This document shows, one piece after another, positions 26,343-36,437 of a stretch of DNA of 64,000 nucleotides. The notes under the pieces were generated by a model that had not been told where the DNA came from, made no database searches, and was given only the letters and a program-made list of their open reading frames with translations. Numbering within the stretch: position 1 is the stretch's first letter; every line of letters starts with the position of its first letter. Source of the stretch: an uncultured virus (IMG/VR IMGVR_UViG_3300025133_000070) (taxonomy: Duplodnaviria; Heunggongvirae; Uroviricota; Caudoviricetes); IMG/VR virus record IMGVR_UViG_3300025133_000070; one strand, given 5' to 3'. Made by a program: the position numbers and the translations under genes.

Positions 26343-29300
26343 TTACCTGCTTATCGGCCCGAAGGAGGAATCTTCAGTAGTTGTAGGAGGTACAATGGTT
26401 TCATTATCTCTAGTTCCTTTGATAGAAACAAAGGTATCCGCAGGAGCCCCCACCTTCCTACGAACAAGCTGAGTTTTTAGGAAGCTAATTCTTTGATCGG
26501 CTCGGTTGATTGGGGGAATTACTTTTACTTCTTCAATTAAGCCATTTCTAATAGAATCTCGAATTGTCTTAAAATTCTCCAAGCGAGAAAGGGTATTAAA
26601 TTGTTGTAATGTAAGTCTACTAAAAACATCAAACTCGGTAAGAGATTTTCCAATCCCGTTTAATCCTAATAAATAATTAGTGTTTAATTCAGTAATAATT
26701 TCCTTCAATAAACGGAACCCCGTTTTCTTTCTAGAAGGCAGATAATTCTCTGCTGCTACAAACTGGTCATCTTGCTCATACCCTGTAGTAAAAACAACAT
26801 CCGAGGGGACTACCTGAGTAATTCTAGCTTGAAGATTTGTTTTCCCATAAACATCTTTTCCTGTCAAACCCTGAGTTTGTGTTCTAACGAACTTATTTGT
26901 TTGAGCTTTACTAAAATTAGGAACAATGGTAGTATTACATTTCAATTGTCTCATTATAATCCCTGATGTTTCTACCTCTTTTATAGTAGATTTTGTATTA
27001 AATATGTTTAAATCACTTCTATTAGTGGGGTAGACCAGAATATACCAAGGGATTTGTCTAGTAAGAAGGGGGATAGTCTTATTTTCCTTAGGAGAATCAG
27101 CCAAAATATCAGTCTGTTTCATAGTCAGAGAAGAAGTAGATTGAATATAATCTAACATGAGGTCTTCATCGTCTAAAATGAAAACTCTGTGGTTAGCTTT
27201 ATATTTAATATAATCATTACTTGTCCTCAAAGCTTCAGTAGTTGTAGTATCCATTAATTCGTATGTGGCTGTGGAATCTTTTAATAAGAAAGAACCTCCA
27301 AGATTTGGTTGTGTATTAATTGAACTTAGTACACAACTCAACATATAAAAAGGCTGTCTGGGAGCAGATAAAGAGTAATCAAATTCAATTCCAGATAAAA
27401 TACTAGAACTTACTTCTAAGGTTCTACCTGTTTCTCCTCCTAAAAGACCTATTACTGTCTGTCTAGTTTGTTCTGGGAGCAAGTATGCGTGATCTATCTC
27501 AGACTTAACGTACAATCTAACCGAAGTAGAGCCCTTAGTAACATCAAAATAATCTCCATCAGAAATTCCTAAAGTACTTCTATTAATAAAGGTATTATCG
27601 TCCTTAATATAATATTTTTTGACCTCTCCTCCAAGGGTAATCTCAATATACTTATCAATATCCGAAGCTAAAGTCTTCCAACTAGGAAGAATGTTTTTCA
27701 TAACCCCATCTGCCTGAGCAGGATCTAATGTAAACTTATCCCGATCAACAATAGCCAAGGCCGCCACTTCATTTACCTTCTCACTAACACTCTTTTTAAT
27801 CGTAATTGGGTTTCTTGTTTTACTCTCTTTAACCAAATTATTTAAATAATCAAGAGTAATTTTTGATATTGTTCCATCTAGGATTCTACTACCAATCATT
27901 GAAAATATTTGATTTTTGGTCAACAAAGACCCAGAATAAGTTTTAATTTGTCCCAAGAGGTTCTGGACTTCTGGCTTGAGGCTATTGTATACCGTATTTG
28001 GTGTTACTCCAGCGGCCCTGGTACTATCCCAGTTACCAACACTTAACTGCTTTGATAAAACGTACTCAATATTACTATCAATGTTAGTATTAAATAGTTC
28101 AGTAATACTTGAATTATTTTTAACTAATCGAGGACGAGAAGGTGTTATAACAAAAGCAACATCAGGATCTTCAATCCCTTCTGGTTTTTCTCTAAGAATT
28201 CTTGAAGCTATTGCAGGACTATTTAAATCAAACTCTCTACTTGGTTCGGAAGTACTTAGAAGAGATTTAGTTATATCACCCGCAAAGCCTCCAGTAGACT
28301 CACCAAGGCTAGTTACTCCTCCCCCAATACTTTTCTCACCACCATCATCCCACCCAGTCCAACCTCCTCCTCCATCTATACCTCCTGCTCCAGTATCATC
28401 TCTTGATCCCGTAGTTCCTCCTTCAAAGAAGCTATCTCCTCCCCCATCTATACCTCCTGCTCCAGTATCATCTCTTGATCCCGTAGTTCCTCCGTCAAAA
28501 AAATCATCTTCTCCTCCATCAACTAATCCTCCCCCAGTATCATCTCTTGATCCCGTAGTTCCTCCTTCAAAGAAACCCCCACCACCATCATCAATTCCTC
28601 CTGCACCAGTATCATCTCTTGATCCCGTAGTTCCTCCTTCAAAGAAACCCCCACCACCATCATCAATTCCTCCTGCTCCAGTATCATCTCTTGATCCCGT
28701 AGTTTCTCCATCAAAAAACTTATCTCCGTTATCATCATGACAATGAAGTACGCAAGCAGGTTTTGTTAGATAAGTAATTGTTTTTGGACCCCAGTTAGAA
28801 TCATAACGGCATCCTTTTACTCCTCCTGTATCCGCACAATACCAAAGGGGTTTTTGTTGACCCCCTCCTGGGGGTACGGTGGGAGGTGAGGGGGGTGTTC
28901 CTGGGCCTCCTGGGGAATCTTTACCACCAGTTCTATCCCAGCCAGTCCAACCCGATCCCCCACCATCATCATCATCCAACCCCGGACCAGAACCCTCGTT
29001 CTCACCTCCACCCTCCACCTGTCTATAACATATTAATTTAACTTTGATCTTCCCACACTCTCCAGTACAAGATTCACCTTCTTTCTTAAACTCTTTACAA
29101 TCAGCACCTACTGTTCCTTTTTGAGAGTCCTTATAACACTCCCATGTCAATCCAAAACCCCACTGGTCCATAATTGCAAGTTCTTCTTTCACAGCCTGAT
29201 CAATAGTTGCTTGATCACCTTTTTCTTGCCCCTTACTACATTTTTGTTTCCACCTTAAAGTAACACTTTTCCAACCCTCTCCTTGGTTATAACTTTTTTT

Positions 29301-29783
29301 AGGTTTCCCTACAATTTTACATTGACAAATAAGTTGACCCCCTCCTGGAGGCGCAGAAGGTCCTCCAGGAGGTGATGAGGGACCTACACCTCCTGGTCCT
29401 GGACCTCCAGGGGGACCATGCCCAGTGAAACCTCCTGCGGCATCTTCGCAATTAGCCTTACAGGTTGCTTGATCCCTATAAGAGTTCGGAGGCGGGGGTA
29501 GGGTTGAATCTTGCGTTATAGATATACACTTTTTCTTCCAAGGAGTTATGTTTGTACAAACCCAATAAGTGATGTCAACTGGAGGAGTACTTGGGCCTCC
29601 AGGTCCTGATCCTCCTCCATCATCATCCTGGTCAAAATCTACCCAATCGTCTCCAGGTCCCCCAGGAGGCTCACCACCGTCCCCACCATCAATGGTTCCT
29701 CCTCCATCAAAATCAGGAAAGTTGCCAGGACCGAACCCTGGGAGGTATGTCCCGCAACCAAATGTGGTCTGGTCTCCAGCCAT
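26343..29783 (-). CDS. Large probable virion protein with Gly/Pro-rich, Cys-rich and 24-aa repeat N-terminal half
   Basis: 1146-aa ORF at the end of the baseplate/fibre operon. Confidence 0.6.
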   Translation of the reverse strand: MAGDQTTFGCGTYLPGFGPGNFPDFDGGGTIDGGDGGEPPGGPGDDWVDFDQDDDGGGSGPGGPSTPPVDITYWVCTNITPWKKKCISITQDSTLPPPPNSYRDQATCKANCEDAAGGFTGHGPPGGPGPGGVGPSSPPGGPSAPPGGGQLICQCKIVGKPKKSYNQGEGWKSVTLRWKQKCSKGQEKGDQATIDQAVKEELAIMDQWGFGLTWECYKDSQKGTVGADCKEFKKEGESCTGECGKIKVKLICYRQVEGGGENEGSGPGLDDDDGGGSGWTGWDRTGGKDSPGGPGTPPSPPTVPPGGGQQKPLWYCADTGGVKGCRYDSNWGPKTITYLTKPACVLHCHDDNGDKFFDGETTGSRDDTGAGGIDDGGGGFFEGGTTGSRDDTGAGGIDDGGGGFFEGGTTGSRDDTGGGLVDGGEDDFFDGGTTGSRDDTGAGGIDGGGDSFFEGGTTGSRDDTGAGGIDGGGGWTGWDDGGEKSIGGGVTSLGESTGGFAGDITKSLLSTSEPSREFDLNSPAIASRILREKPEGIEDPDVAFVITPSRPRLVKNNSSITELFNTNIDSNIEYVLSKQLSVGNWDSTRAAGVTPNTVYNSLKPEVQNLLGQIKTYSGSLLTKNQIFSMIGSRILDGTISKITLDYLNNLVKESKTRNPITIKKSVSEKVNEVAALAIVDRDKFTLDPAQADGVMKNILPSWKTLASDIDKYIEITLGGEVKKYYIKDDNTFINRSTLGISDGDYFDVTKGSTSVRLYVKSEIDHAYLLPEQTRQTVIGLLGGETGRTLEVSSSILSGIEFDYSLSAPRQPFYMLSCVLSSINTQPNLGGSFLLKDSTATYELMDTTTTEALRTSNDYIKYKANHRVFILDDEDLMLDYIQSTSSLTMKQTDILADSPKENKTIPLLTRQIPWYILVYPTNRSDLNIFNTKSTIKEVETSGIIMRQLKCNTTIVPNFSKAQTNKFVRTQTQGLTGKDVYGKTNLQARITQVVPSDVVFTTGYEQDDQFVAAENYLPSRKKTGFRLLKEIITELNTNYLLGLNGIGKSLTEFDVFSRLTLQQFNTLSRLENFKTIRDSIRNGLIEEVKVIPPINRADQRISFLKTQLVRRKVGAPADTFVSIKGTRDNETIVPPTTTEDSSFGPISR
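28370..28725. repeat. Five in-frame 72-bp tandem repeats (FF[DE]GGTTGSRDDTGAGGIDxGGx)
   Basis: Core ccagtatcatctcttgatcccgtagtt starts at 28390, 28462, 28534, 28606 and 28678. Confidence 0.95.
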
Positions 29784-29786
29784 AAC

Positions 29787-32273
29787 TTAACTCTTTAATG
29801 TAATCGTGGGGTTGGTTCCGTTTAAGTTTCCATATAGATAAAGAACGTCTGCGTTGGGAACTCCTGTAATATTCCACATTACCGTAGGATAGGTACACTT
29901 TCCTATTCTTGGGTTTCCAACATACCCCCCAGGGTATGTTGCTTGAACTGGTGCTGTGTTAGAGTATAAAATATCTCCTACCATAACAGCAAAACCACTA
30001 AACCGCTCACCACCTCGATCAGACACCCAAACACCATTATGTTTTCTTGGAGCAGGGAAGGAAGCTTGTCCCTTTCTATCCATTTTATCGTGGTTATTTG
30101 TATCAGCAACAAAAGAAACATAAATAGTGAACTCATCATACCCTTTCTCAACCCAAGTTCCAAAATAGGATCCTGCATTATCATCGAAAGTTGAACCTCT
30201 ATAATTTTCCGCTATACTATTAATCAAACTAACATCAACTTTGTAGTCTGCTAACCAGGACGGTCTAACAAACTTAATTTTTTTAGAAATATAACTAAAG
30301 TTTACTCGGGATACATTATGCGAAGCAGCCCCCTGCTCCCAACCTTCAAAGCTTCCCGTATTACTTAATCGAGTAGGGACTCCTCCTCCAGTCGTAGTTC
30401 CGTCAGCGTATGTTACATCTTTAAAGCTTCCCGCAACAATGCTGGGGTCGATAGAGCTTCCTCTTGCCAGAGTAGATAAATAGGTATTTATATAATCATT
30501 AGGCCAAAGCCCTTGATCTTGTAAAACTCCTCCACTATTTTCTATACACCATTGAGACAGATCCCAATCAGGATAAGTAGGAACATTAACTTGTGCAGCA
30601 ATACCACCAAATCCATACTTTTGTGTAATATATTGTTTGATATAGGAATCAGCATTTGTTCCTGCGTTGCCATCATCAGCAAAAACACCCTGATAATAAT
30701 CATACAAAACTCCTTCAGGACCAAAGTTCCAACCACCGAATACATATCCAGTAGCTAAGGTGTTAGTACTGTCTTGGGGAGTTCCTGTATTTTCGTCTGT
30801 AAAGGTATCAATTTGTCCTTGGAGATTATCATAAACTCGTTTAACCTCATAATCTAATTGTCCCTTACCTACAGCAGGGTTAGCAAGAGAAAGCTGTGGG
30901 AACGCTGCGCCAATACCAGCCCGTTCGTTATACGCTAATTCAGCAGTCCTAAACAAGGGACGAATATCAATAACATCTGTAGTTAGAACAACTTGTGATC
31001 CGCTCTGAACCCATACATAGGCTACAGGAAGAATAGATTGACCCACAAGCTCGTAAGCATTTGCCTCTAGTTTCTCTGAGATCAGCGGAGCAAGGTTTAA
31101 AATATCATCGGGAGCAGGGAAGGAGCCTCTTATATCTTGTGCAATATCGTTAGCAGAAGTAGAAGTAAAGCCCATACCAGTATTAAGCTGGTCTCCAGGG
31201 TGAGCGAGAATCCCATGATCATCATTTAAATTATCAAGATAATCCTTACTAAAGTTAGTAGTCTCTTTAAAGTTTGTTTTAATTCCTGCCCCACGCACAA
31301 TACCTAGAGTAGGTTTAGTGATCCCCGTCTTACCCGAAGGTTTTAAAATGTTAACTCCACTAGAATCAACAGGCTTACTGTAGATAAAGACTAAATCAAT
31401 TCTACTTTGAACTCCTGTCACTTGAGTAGTTGTTCCCGCAGAATTTGTATAAGCAAAATCATCAGGATCGAACTGAGGAACTTCAACCGTAATCTCATCA
31501 TCTACATCAACGACTGCGAGACGAGAAATTCCTCTCCAGCGTTTGATAAAGTAGCTTTCTGTTCTAGGAAATTTAGCCCAACCAGTATTAGTATTAGTAG
31601 TTTCAAAACTAGGCAGCGTGTAACTATCTGCTGTCGATCCTTGAGATTTAGCCCAGATAAGAGCTTGAGTAATTACCATAGGTGAATAAGCTGCTCCTCC
31701 ACCAGGAAGGTTAACATCATCCCCACCGTAAGCTAACCCAGTTAAGTCCACCCCATCAGTATCAATAGGGGTATCTGAATTTACAACAGGCCAAGTAAAA
31801 GCTCTTTCCACAAGACCAGTCATACCCATAGCTTCCTGGGCAACCGCTTGTTTAAAGGTTTCTAAAGCAGCCTCTAGAACTGCATTTTTAGCATTAGGAA
31901 ATGCTCCTGGGTTAGGGAGTGCTGTCTCCCAAGCATCCACATCTCCAACCGCTGTACCCATAACTTGGGCTAAATAAGCTAGAGGGGTTTTAGTTGATGC
32001 GTCATTAATTCTAGCCGTATATCGGCCAGGGTTAACACGAAGAACTCTATCTCCTCCTGTAGCAAAAGGACGAAGTTCATCTAAATCACCTCTCTTCACT
32101 CCTAAAAGTTTTGAGGTATCTTTTCTAACTTGATCTTTAAGCCATAAGCAGTTTTCTTGAAGCTGTTTTAACGGAATGTTATCTACTTCAAAATAATAAG
32201 GATCATTAGCTTTGAAAAACCTAATCGGGTCAGTGAACCGATAATTACTATCTGTATAAACTTGTTCAGCCAT
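29787..32273 (-). CDS. Probable tail fibre / baseplate-associated virion protein
   Basis: N-terminal DNIPLKQLQENCLWL anchor-like helix; beta-rich; operon context. Confidence 0.5.
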   Translation of the reverse strand: MAEQVYTDSNYRFTDPIRFFKANDPYYFEVDNIPLKQLQENCLWLKDQVRKDTSKLLGVKRGDLDELRPFATGGDRVLRVNPGRYTARINDASTKTPLAYLAQVMGTAVGDVDAWETALPNPGAFPNAKNAVLEAALETFKQAVAQEAMGMTGLVERAFTWPVVNSDTPIDTDGVDLTGLAYGGDDVNLPGGGAAYSPMVITQALIWAKSQGSTADSYTLPSFETTNTNTGWAKFPRTESYFIKRWRGISRLAVVDVDDEITVEVPQFDPDDFAYTNSAGTTTQVTGVQSRIDLVFIYSKPVDSSGVNILKPSGKTGITKPTLGIVRGAGIKTNFKETTNFSKDYLDNLNDDHGILAHPGDQLNTGMGFTSTSANDIAQDIRGSFPAPDDILNLAPLISEKLEANAYELVGQSILPVAYVWVQSGSQVVLTTDVIDIRPLFRTAELAYNERAGIGAAFPQLSLANPAVGKGQLDYEVKRVYDNLQGQIDTFTDENTGTPQDSTNTLATGYVFGGWNFGPEGVLYDYYQGVFADDGNAGTNADSYIKQYITQKYGFGGIAAQVNVPTYPDWDLSQWCIENSGGVLQDQGLWPNDYINTYLSTLARGSSIDPSIVAGSFKDVTYADGTTTGGGVPTRLSNTGSFEGWEQGAASHNVSRVNFSYISKKIKFVRPSWLADYKVDVSLINSIAENYRGSTFDDNAGSYFGTWVEKGYDEFTIYVSFVADTNNHDKMDRKGQASFPAPRKHNGVWVSDRGGERFSGFAVMVGDILYSNTAPVQATYPGGYVGNPRIGKCTYPTVMWNITGVPNADVLYLYGNLNGTNPTITLKS

Positions 32274-35200
32274 TAGTTATCCCTCGAAAGATCAAAGATT
32301 GCAGCGGATTTAAACCCAACTGAGCCTGATGCATCCCCAACATAAGATTCAGATGCTCTGTTACTAGGAGAATCATTTCTAGCTCTATAAAGTGTTACTT
32401 TTTTGGGTCTGCCAGCCATACCCACGCTGGCATTTTTAGCATTAGCAAAAGCCTCTGCTGCTGACTCATCTACCATACATTGAGTGGGGTTCTCTTCTAA
32501 CATCTCATTACAGTAATAAAATCCAGAAGTCCAAAGCTGATCAGGAACTCCATCTGAATCAGAATCATAGCTTAGCTTAAGAAGATCAGGGAAATCTCCA
32601 CTAGCATTCGTTTTTCCTGTTGGCACTAAAGCCGAGAGGGGAGCAGAGCAGTTGTATCCTTGAGCAAACAATTGGTACGCTGGTCCAACTGTTCCACTAA
32701 AGGGTCCATCTGCATAGGGTGCTGCGCCTTTGAAATACCCGCTTAAATCAGTTTGAAGAACTCTTGCGCTAGATTTTGGAGTCCAATAAATTCTAAACAC
32801 TCCTTGGTTTTCAGAAGTATGCTCCGTAGCCCCCCAATGATAAGTCTTAGTTCCACTTACATTAATTTTAGCCTCACCCAAAGCTTGTGCTGTTTCATCA
32901 TTAACAACACCAGACACAGGATAAAAGGCATCAAAAGGATGATTAACAGTAACGCCAGAAGGAACAACCCACACAGAACTCCCCGCTCCAAACGCATCTA
33001 GAATACTAAGACTACCCGTGTCGGGAGTACCCTCTGGGGCTCCAGACGCTGGGACCTCGTTATCGTTTCCAGAGTCCGTTCCATTTACGGAGGATGCCCA
33101 CAACGCACTTGGACCGTGATAAAGAGTATCACCAGGGTACATCCCACTCACTGACAAGTAAGAAGCATTTAGTCTAGAGTTATCAGCAATATTCCAAATC
33201 ATTAATTTATCGCAATCAGAACCGCTAGAATTATAATAATGCCCGTCCAGAGGAGTAATATTTGTTCCTATGGGGAAGTGAACATTTTTAACATTTACCA
33301 CACTATCTTCTGTAGCTCTAAGACATACCCCGCCTTGGGTAACTTTAGTTAAATCATTAGCATAACTAGTATTTATAAGTTCTGTTGTCTTAAAAAACCT
33401 GTTGAGTCCAACCAAGTCGGAAAAACGAGGAGGATCAGGAACAGTAAAATTAAGACCAGCAACATTAGCTAAATCATCAAGACTATAGAATGTTATAGCC
33501 GAGGTGTCCTGAGGGTTGGGATAGAATTGTAACGACCCTGAAGAAGTATACGAACTGGTATCAAAAGTACCTGTAGGATAATCTACCCCCGCAGCTAAAG
33601 CAGCAGTTCCATTCGTTGCTCTACCCCAATTCGCATAGAAAGACCCTAAATCAGCCATGTTAAGATTAGAGTTCTTATTAGCTACTAAACAAGCTCTCGT
33701 AGAATGAAGCTCAACAGAGGTGTGGTTTCCTTGGGAATTTAGATCAAATGCACTTACTTCTAAACCAAAAGCATCTCTAGATCTTGCTGGTTCGATGTTA
33801 AGTGTAGAGTTATCCTCTACTAGAACATCCACACCAAACTGACCGATTGCAGTAGGACCATGTAAGTTAATTTCAGAAGAATTATTAGCGTAAACTCCTG
33901 CCATTTTTTCTTGATAGGAAATTCCTGGAGGACCCCACACGAATGTACATCCTGATCCACTACCAAAGCAACTTACTTTAGAGTTATTACTAGCTTTAAT
34001 AGCTCTTCCATAGGAAGGAACATTAGCAATATTTTCAGAAGTCCCACTTACCTCAATATAAGCTTGAAGTAAATCTAAATTTGAATTATCATTAACAGAG
34101 ATAGCGGGTAAGGAATTTCTATTAGATCCTCCCCACTTGATTACTCCGTGTGCAACTTCGAATCGGGTATTACCATAAGTGGTAGGAGTGCTATTTTTTA
34201 AAGTAAAGCCAAAGGAGCTATTCTTCACCAGATCAATATGTTGCGCGTTTGCAGACATGTCTAGTTGCTTGCGATCAGCTTGTCCCGCAACCAAAGGCGA
34301 GGCTGGGGAATCGAAAAGGAACGAGGAGTTTGTAGCTCTAATAGCTTCATTGCTATGAGCATCAATACATAAATTCTCAAAAACTACTTTTGATCCAACA
34401 GCTTCGATACCCCTATCGTCTCCATAAACATCTAATAGTCCTTTAACATCTACTTGTGAGTTATTTAAAAGGAATCCATAGCCTGTGTTTAGTTCCGATC
34501 CGATAATACTAGCTCGTAGCGGGTCTGTAGGAAATAATCTCTGAATACCCCCTGTAAGTTTCGAGTTATCAAGAACGAATCCAGCGTAGTTTCTGGAAGC
34601 TAGGATGTTACAATCAACTGCTGAACCTCCTGTATCGCCTGGATAAGTAGTATTAAGCGGGGTTGGAAGGGAGCTTACTAAGACTTCGCTATTAACAGCG
34701 TGGAATCCGTAACCAGTCTTAGCTTCTCTAGTAGTTGTACTTGTTAGCTTGTAGTTTCTATAAGCAGCAGCAGATCTCGACAGAGTAACTTGGGAGTTGT
34801 TGAACTTAAACCCAGCTTCTTGTGCCCTGACCCCAGCGCAGTTTTCCAGAAGAACATCTGAGTTGGTTACTTCAATAGCATACTTACGAACAGTTTCTCC
34901 ATCAACAAAGAAGTTTCTAATATAGATGGGACCGTCACAGTTCTTAACGCTAATCTTAGAACATTTATTTAAGTAATTATTTCCTGCCACATCTTGCCCT
35001 ACGGCAGTCGTTACTCCTGGTCTAAAAATCTCTGAGTTCGTGGCTTGGTTAGTTGCACTTACATCTATAGAGGCTAAAGTATTATCAACAGAAGTAAAAT
35101 CTGTATTCTCATAAGGATAATAAGTAAACTCATTCTCGTCTCCAGCATCAGTAATAAGTCCAGTACCTCCTCCAATAGTTACAGAAAGAGGAGCCTCCCT

Positions 35201-35833
35201 TAAAGTATGTTTGGGATAATAAAACGAGTTAGCTGCTGTTGCTCTGTCATCCCCAGGCCCTGACAGTACAGCAGTTGAAATGTGAACGCAGGAGGTATCG
35301 AGTAAAGTGCTACTCAGGTCTAAAGAACTTACTATATAAACTAAGGGATGGGATGCATTATAAGTAGGGGCACTTCTTGTATTTTTGACATCACCTGATG
35401 CATTATAAACCCTAGCGAAGTTTCTATTAATGATCTCAATAGAGCCCCCCTCCTCAATTCGGAAATTATGTAGTTCTAACTTTCCAAGATCTCCAAAGTT
35501 TCCAACCTCAACTAAAACGGGGAAGCGAACTACTTTAGGAATTGCAGCAATACAAGAACTCAGATCCGTAAAGATATTATTGTTAGCAGCCAAGGTTGCA
35601 GTTGGTGTATCAGCAGAAACGGTTAAAGCTAATCCAGGAACTCCAGCCGAGGTAGTAAATCCTTGCTGCTCCCAAAGCTCGTAGGTGCGTTCCTCTAGAT
35701 CGTACAGAGGCAGGTTATCTTGCTCCCAGTTGTAAAAGGAGCTAGTATCGTACTTAGACACATAGGGAGTCCAAGAATTATACAGCATAACACTGCCACT
35801 GCTGGTGTAAATATCGTTTCTGTTAAAAGGCAT
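32273..35833 (-). CDS. Probable tail spike with right-handed beta-helix (pectin-lyase-like) repeats
   Basis: Repeating G/A-x-x-x-x-N-N-S-x-V/L units (GFKFNNSQV, GFVLDNSKL, AIKASNNSKV, GVYANNSSEI); DLSSCIAAIP motif. Confidence 0.65.
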   Translation of the reverse strand: MPFNRNDIYTSSGSVMLYNSWTPYVSKYDTSSFYNWEQDNLPLYDLEERTYELWEQQGFTTSAGVPGLALTVSADTPTATLAANNNIFTDLSSCIAAIPKVVRFPVLVEVGNFGDLGKLELHNFRIEEGGSIEIINRNFARVYNASGDVKNTRSAPTYNASHPLVYIVSSLDLSSTLLDTSCVHISTAVLSGPGDDRATAANSFYYPKHTLREAPLSVTIGGGTGLITDAGDENEFTYYPYENTDFTSVDNTLASIDVSATNQATNSEIFRPGVTTAVGQDVAGNNYLNKCSKISVKNCDGPIYIRNFFVDGETVRKYAIEVTNSDVLLENCAGVRAQEAGFKFNNSQVTLSRSAAAYRNYKLTSTTTREAKTGYGFHAVNSEVLVSSLPTPLNTTYPGDTGGSAVDCNILASRNYAGFVLDNSKLTGGIQRLFPTDPLRASIIGSELNTGYGFLLNNSQVDVKGLLDVYGDDRGIEAVGSKVVFENLCIDAHSNEAIRATNSSFLFDSPASPLVAGQADRKQLDMSANAQHIDLVKNSSFGFTLKNSTPTTYGNTRFEVAHGVIKWGGSNRNSLPAISVNDNSNLDLLQAYIEVSGTSENIANVPSYGRAIKASNNSKVSCFGSGSGCTFVWGPPGISYQEKMAGVYANNSSEINLHGPTAIGQFGVDVLVEDNSTLNIEPARSRDAFGLEVSAFDLNSQGNHTSVELHSTRACLVANKNSNLNMADLGSFYANWGRATNGTAALAAGVDYPTGTFDTSSYTSSGSLQFYPNPQDTSAITFYSLDDLANVAGLNFTVPDPPRFSDLVGLNRFFKTTELINTSYANDLTKVTQGGVCLRATEDSVVNVKNVHFPIGTNITPLDGHYYNSSGSDCDKLMIWNIADNSRLNASYLSVSGMYPGDTLYHGPSALWASSVNGTDSGNDNEVPASGAPEGTPDTGSLSILDAFGAGSSVWVVPSGVTVNHPFDAFYPVSGVVNDETAQALGEAKINVSGTKTYHWGATEHTSENQGVFRIYWTPKSSARVLQTDLSGYFKGAAPYADGPFSGTVGPAYQLFAQGYNCSAPLSALVPTGKTNASGDFPDLLKLSYDSDSDGVPDQLWTSGFYYCNEMLEENPTQCMVDESAAEAFANAKNASVGMAGRPKKVTLYRARNDSPSNRASESYVGDASGSVGFKSAAIFDLSRDN

Positions 35834-36432
35834 TAGAAGTTAAGCGTCCATCTAAAAATGAGACTAAAATCACTAGTCTTTCGTATATTACTAAAGGTTC
35901 TGTAAGCTACCAGAATAGGTCTGTCATCAGTAGCTCCTGTCGGGTTCTTCATTAGCAGTCCCACCTCATTAATATTCGCGTCATTACTATCTCTTGTAAT
36001 ATTGTTACAAGCTTCCTCATCAACAACTAAAGTATATCTAACAGAAGCATCTGCAATTTTTGTAATCTTGTTGGCAGGAATAAGGGCAGCCGCATTAGAG
36101 GTTAGTGTTGTATTTGTAATTTGATCTTTAACTGCTATAAACAAGTTACTACCTGCTCCATATTCAGCAGTAGTAGCTGCTCCAGAAAGCTGGTAAATAG
36201 AACTAACCTCTCCACCCGTAGGAGGACCTGAAACTCCAATCTGGAACCTGTCAATTTGATAATCAAGGACTGAGTTTGACCCTGATCCAGTAAACATATA
36301 AGTAAGACCCACACCCATACCAGAAACGATAATGTTATGATCATCAAACACAATCTCCTCTTGACCGTCATTAAATCTCTTAATGATAGTTAGATGCCCA
36401 TTAATTCCTAATTCTTCTGTAAAATTTCTCAT
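35833..36432 (-). CDS. Baseplate/fibre attachment protein
   Basis: NIIV, INEVGL, LVAYRTF..I.K...FSLIFRWTL pattern of phage tail-collar/baseplate proteins. Start placed at MRNF (36432); the ORF-track start is 36459. Confidence 0.55.
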   Translation of the reverse strand: MRNFTEELGINGHLTIIKRFNDGQEEIVFDDHNIIVSGMGVGLTYMFTGSGSNSVLDYQIDRFQIGVSGPPTGGEVSSIYQLSGAATTAEYGAGSNLFIAVKDQITNTTLTSNAAALIPANKITKIADASVRYTLVVDEEACNNITRDSNDANINEVGLLMKNPTGATDDRPILVAYRTFSNIRKTSDFSLIFRWTLNF

Positions 36433-36437
36433 AGCGT

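Noticed and set aside
28370..28725. CRISPR-like array (about 27-30-bp constant unit at a 72-bp period)
   Set aside because: The spacers are similar to one another, the period is a multiple of 3, and the array is in frame in a long CDS; no leader or cas operon
27976..28740. 254-aa Pro-rich plus-strand ORF with repeats
   Set aside because: Antisense reading of the Gly-rich repeats of the 1146-aa gene
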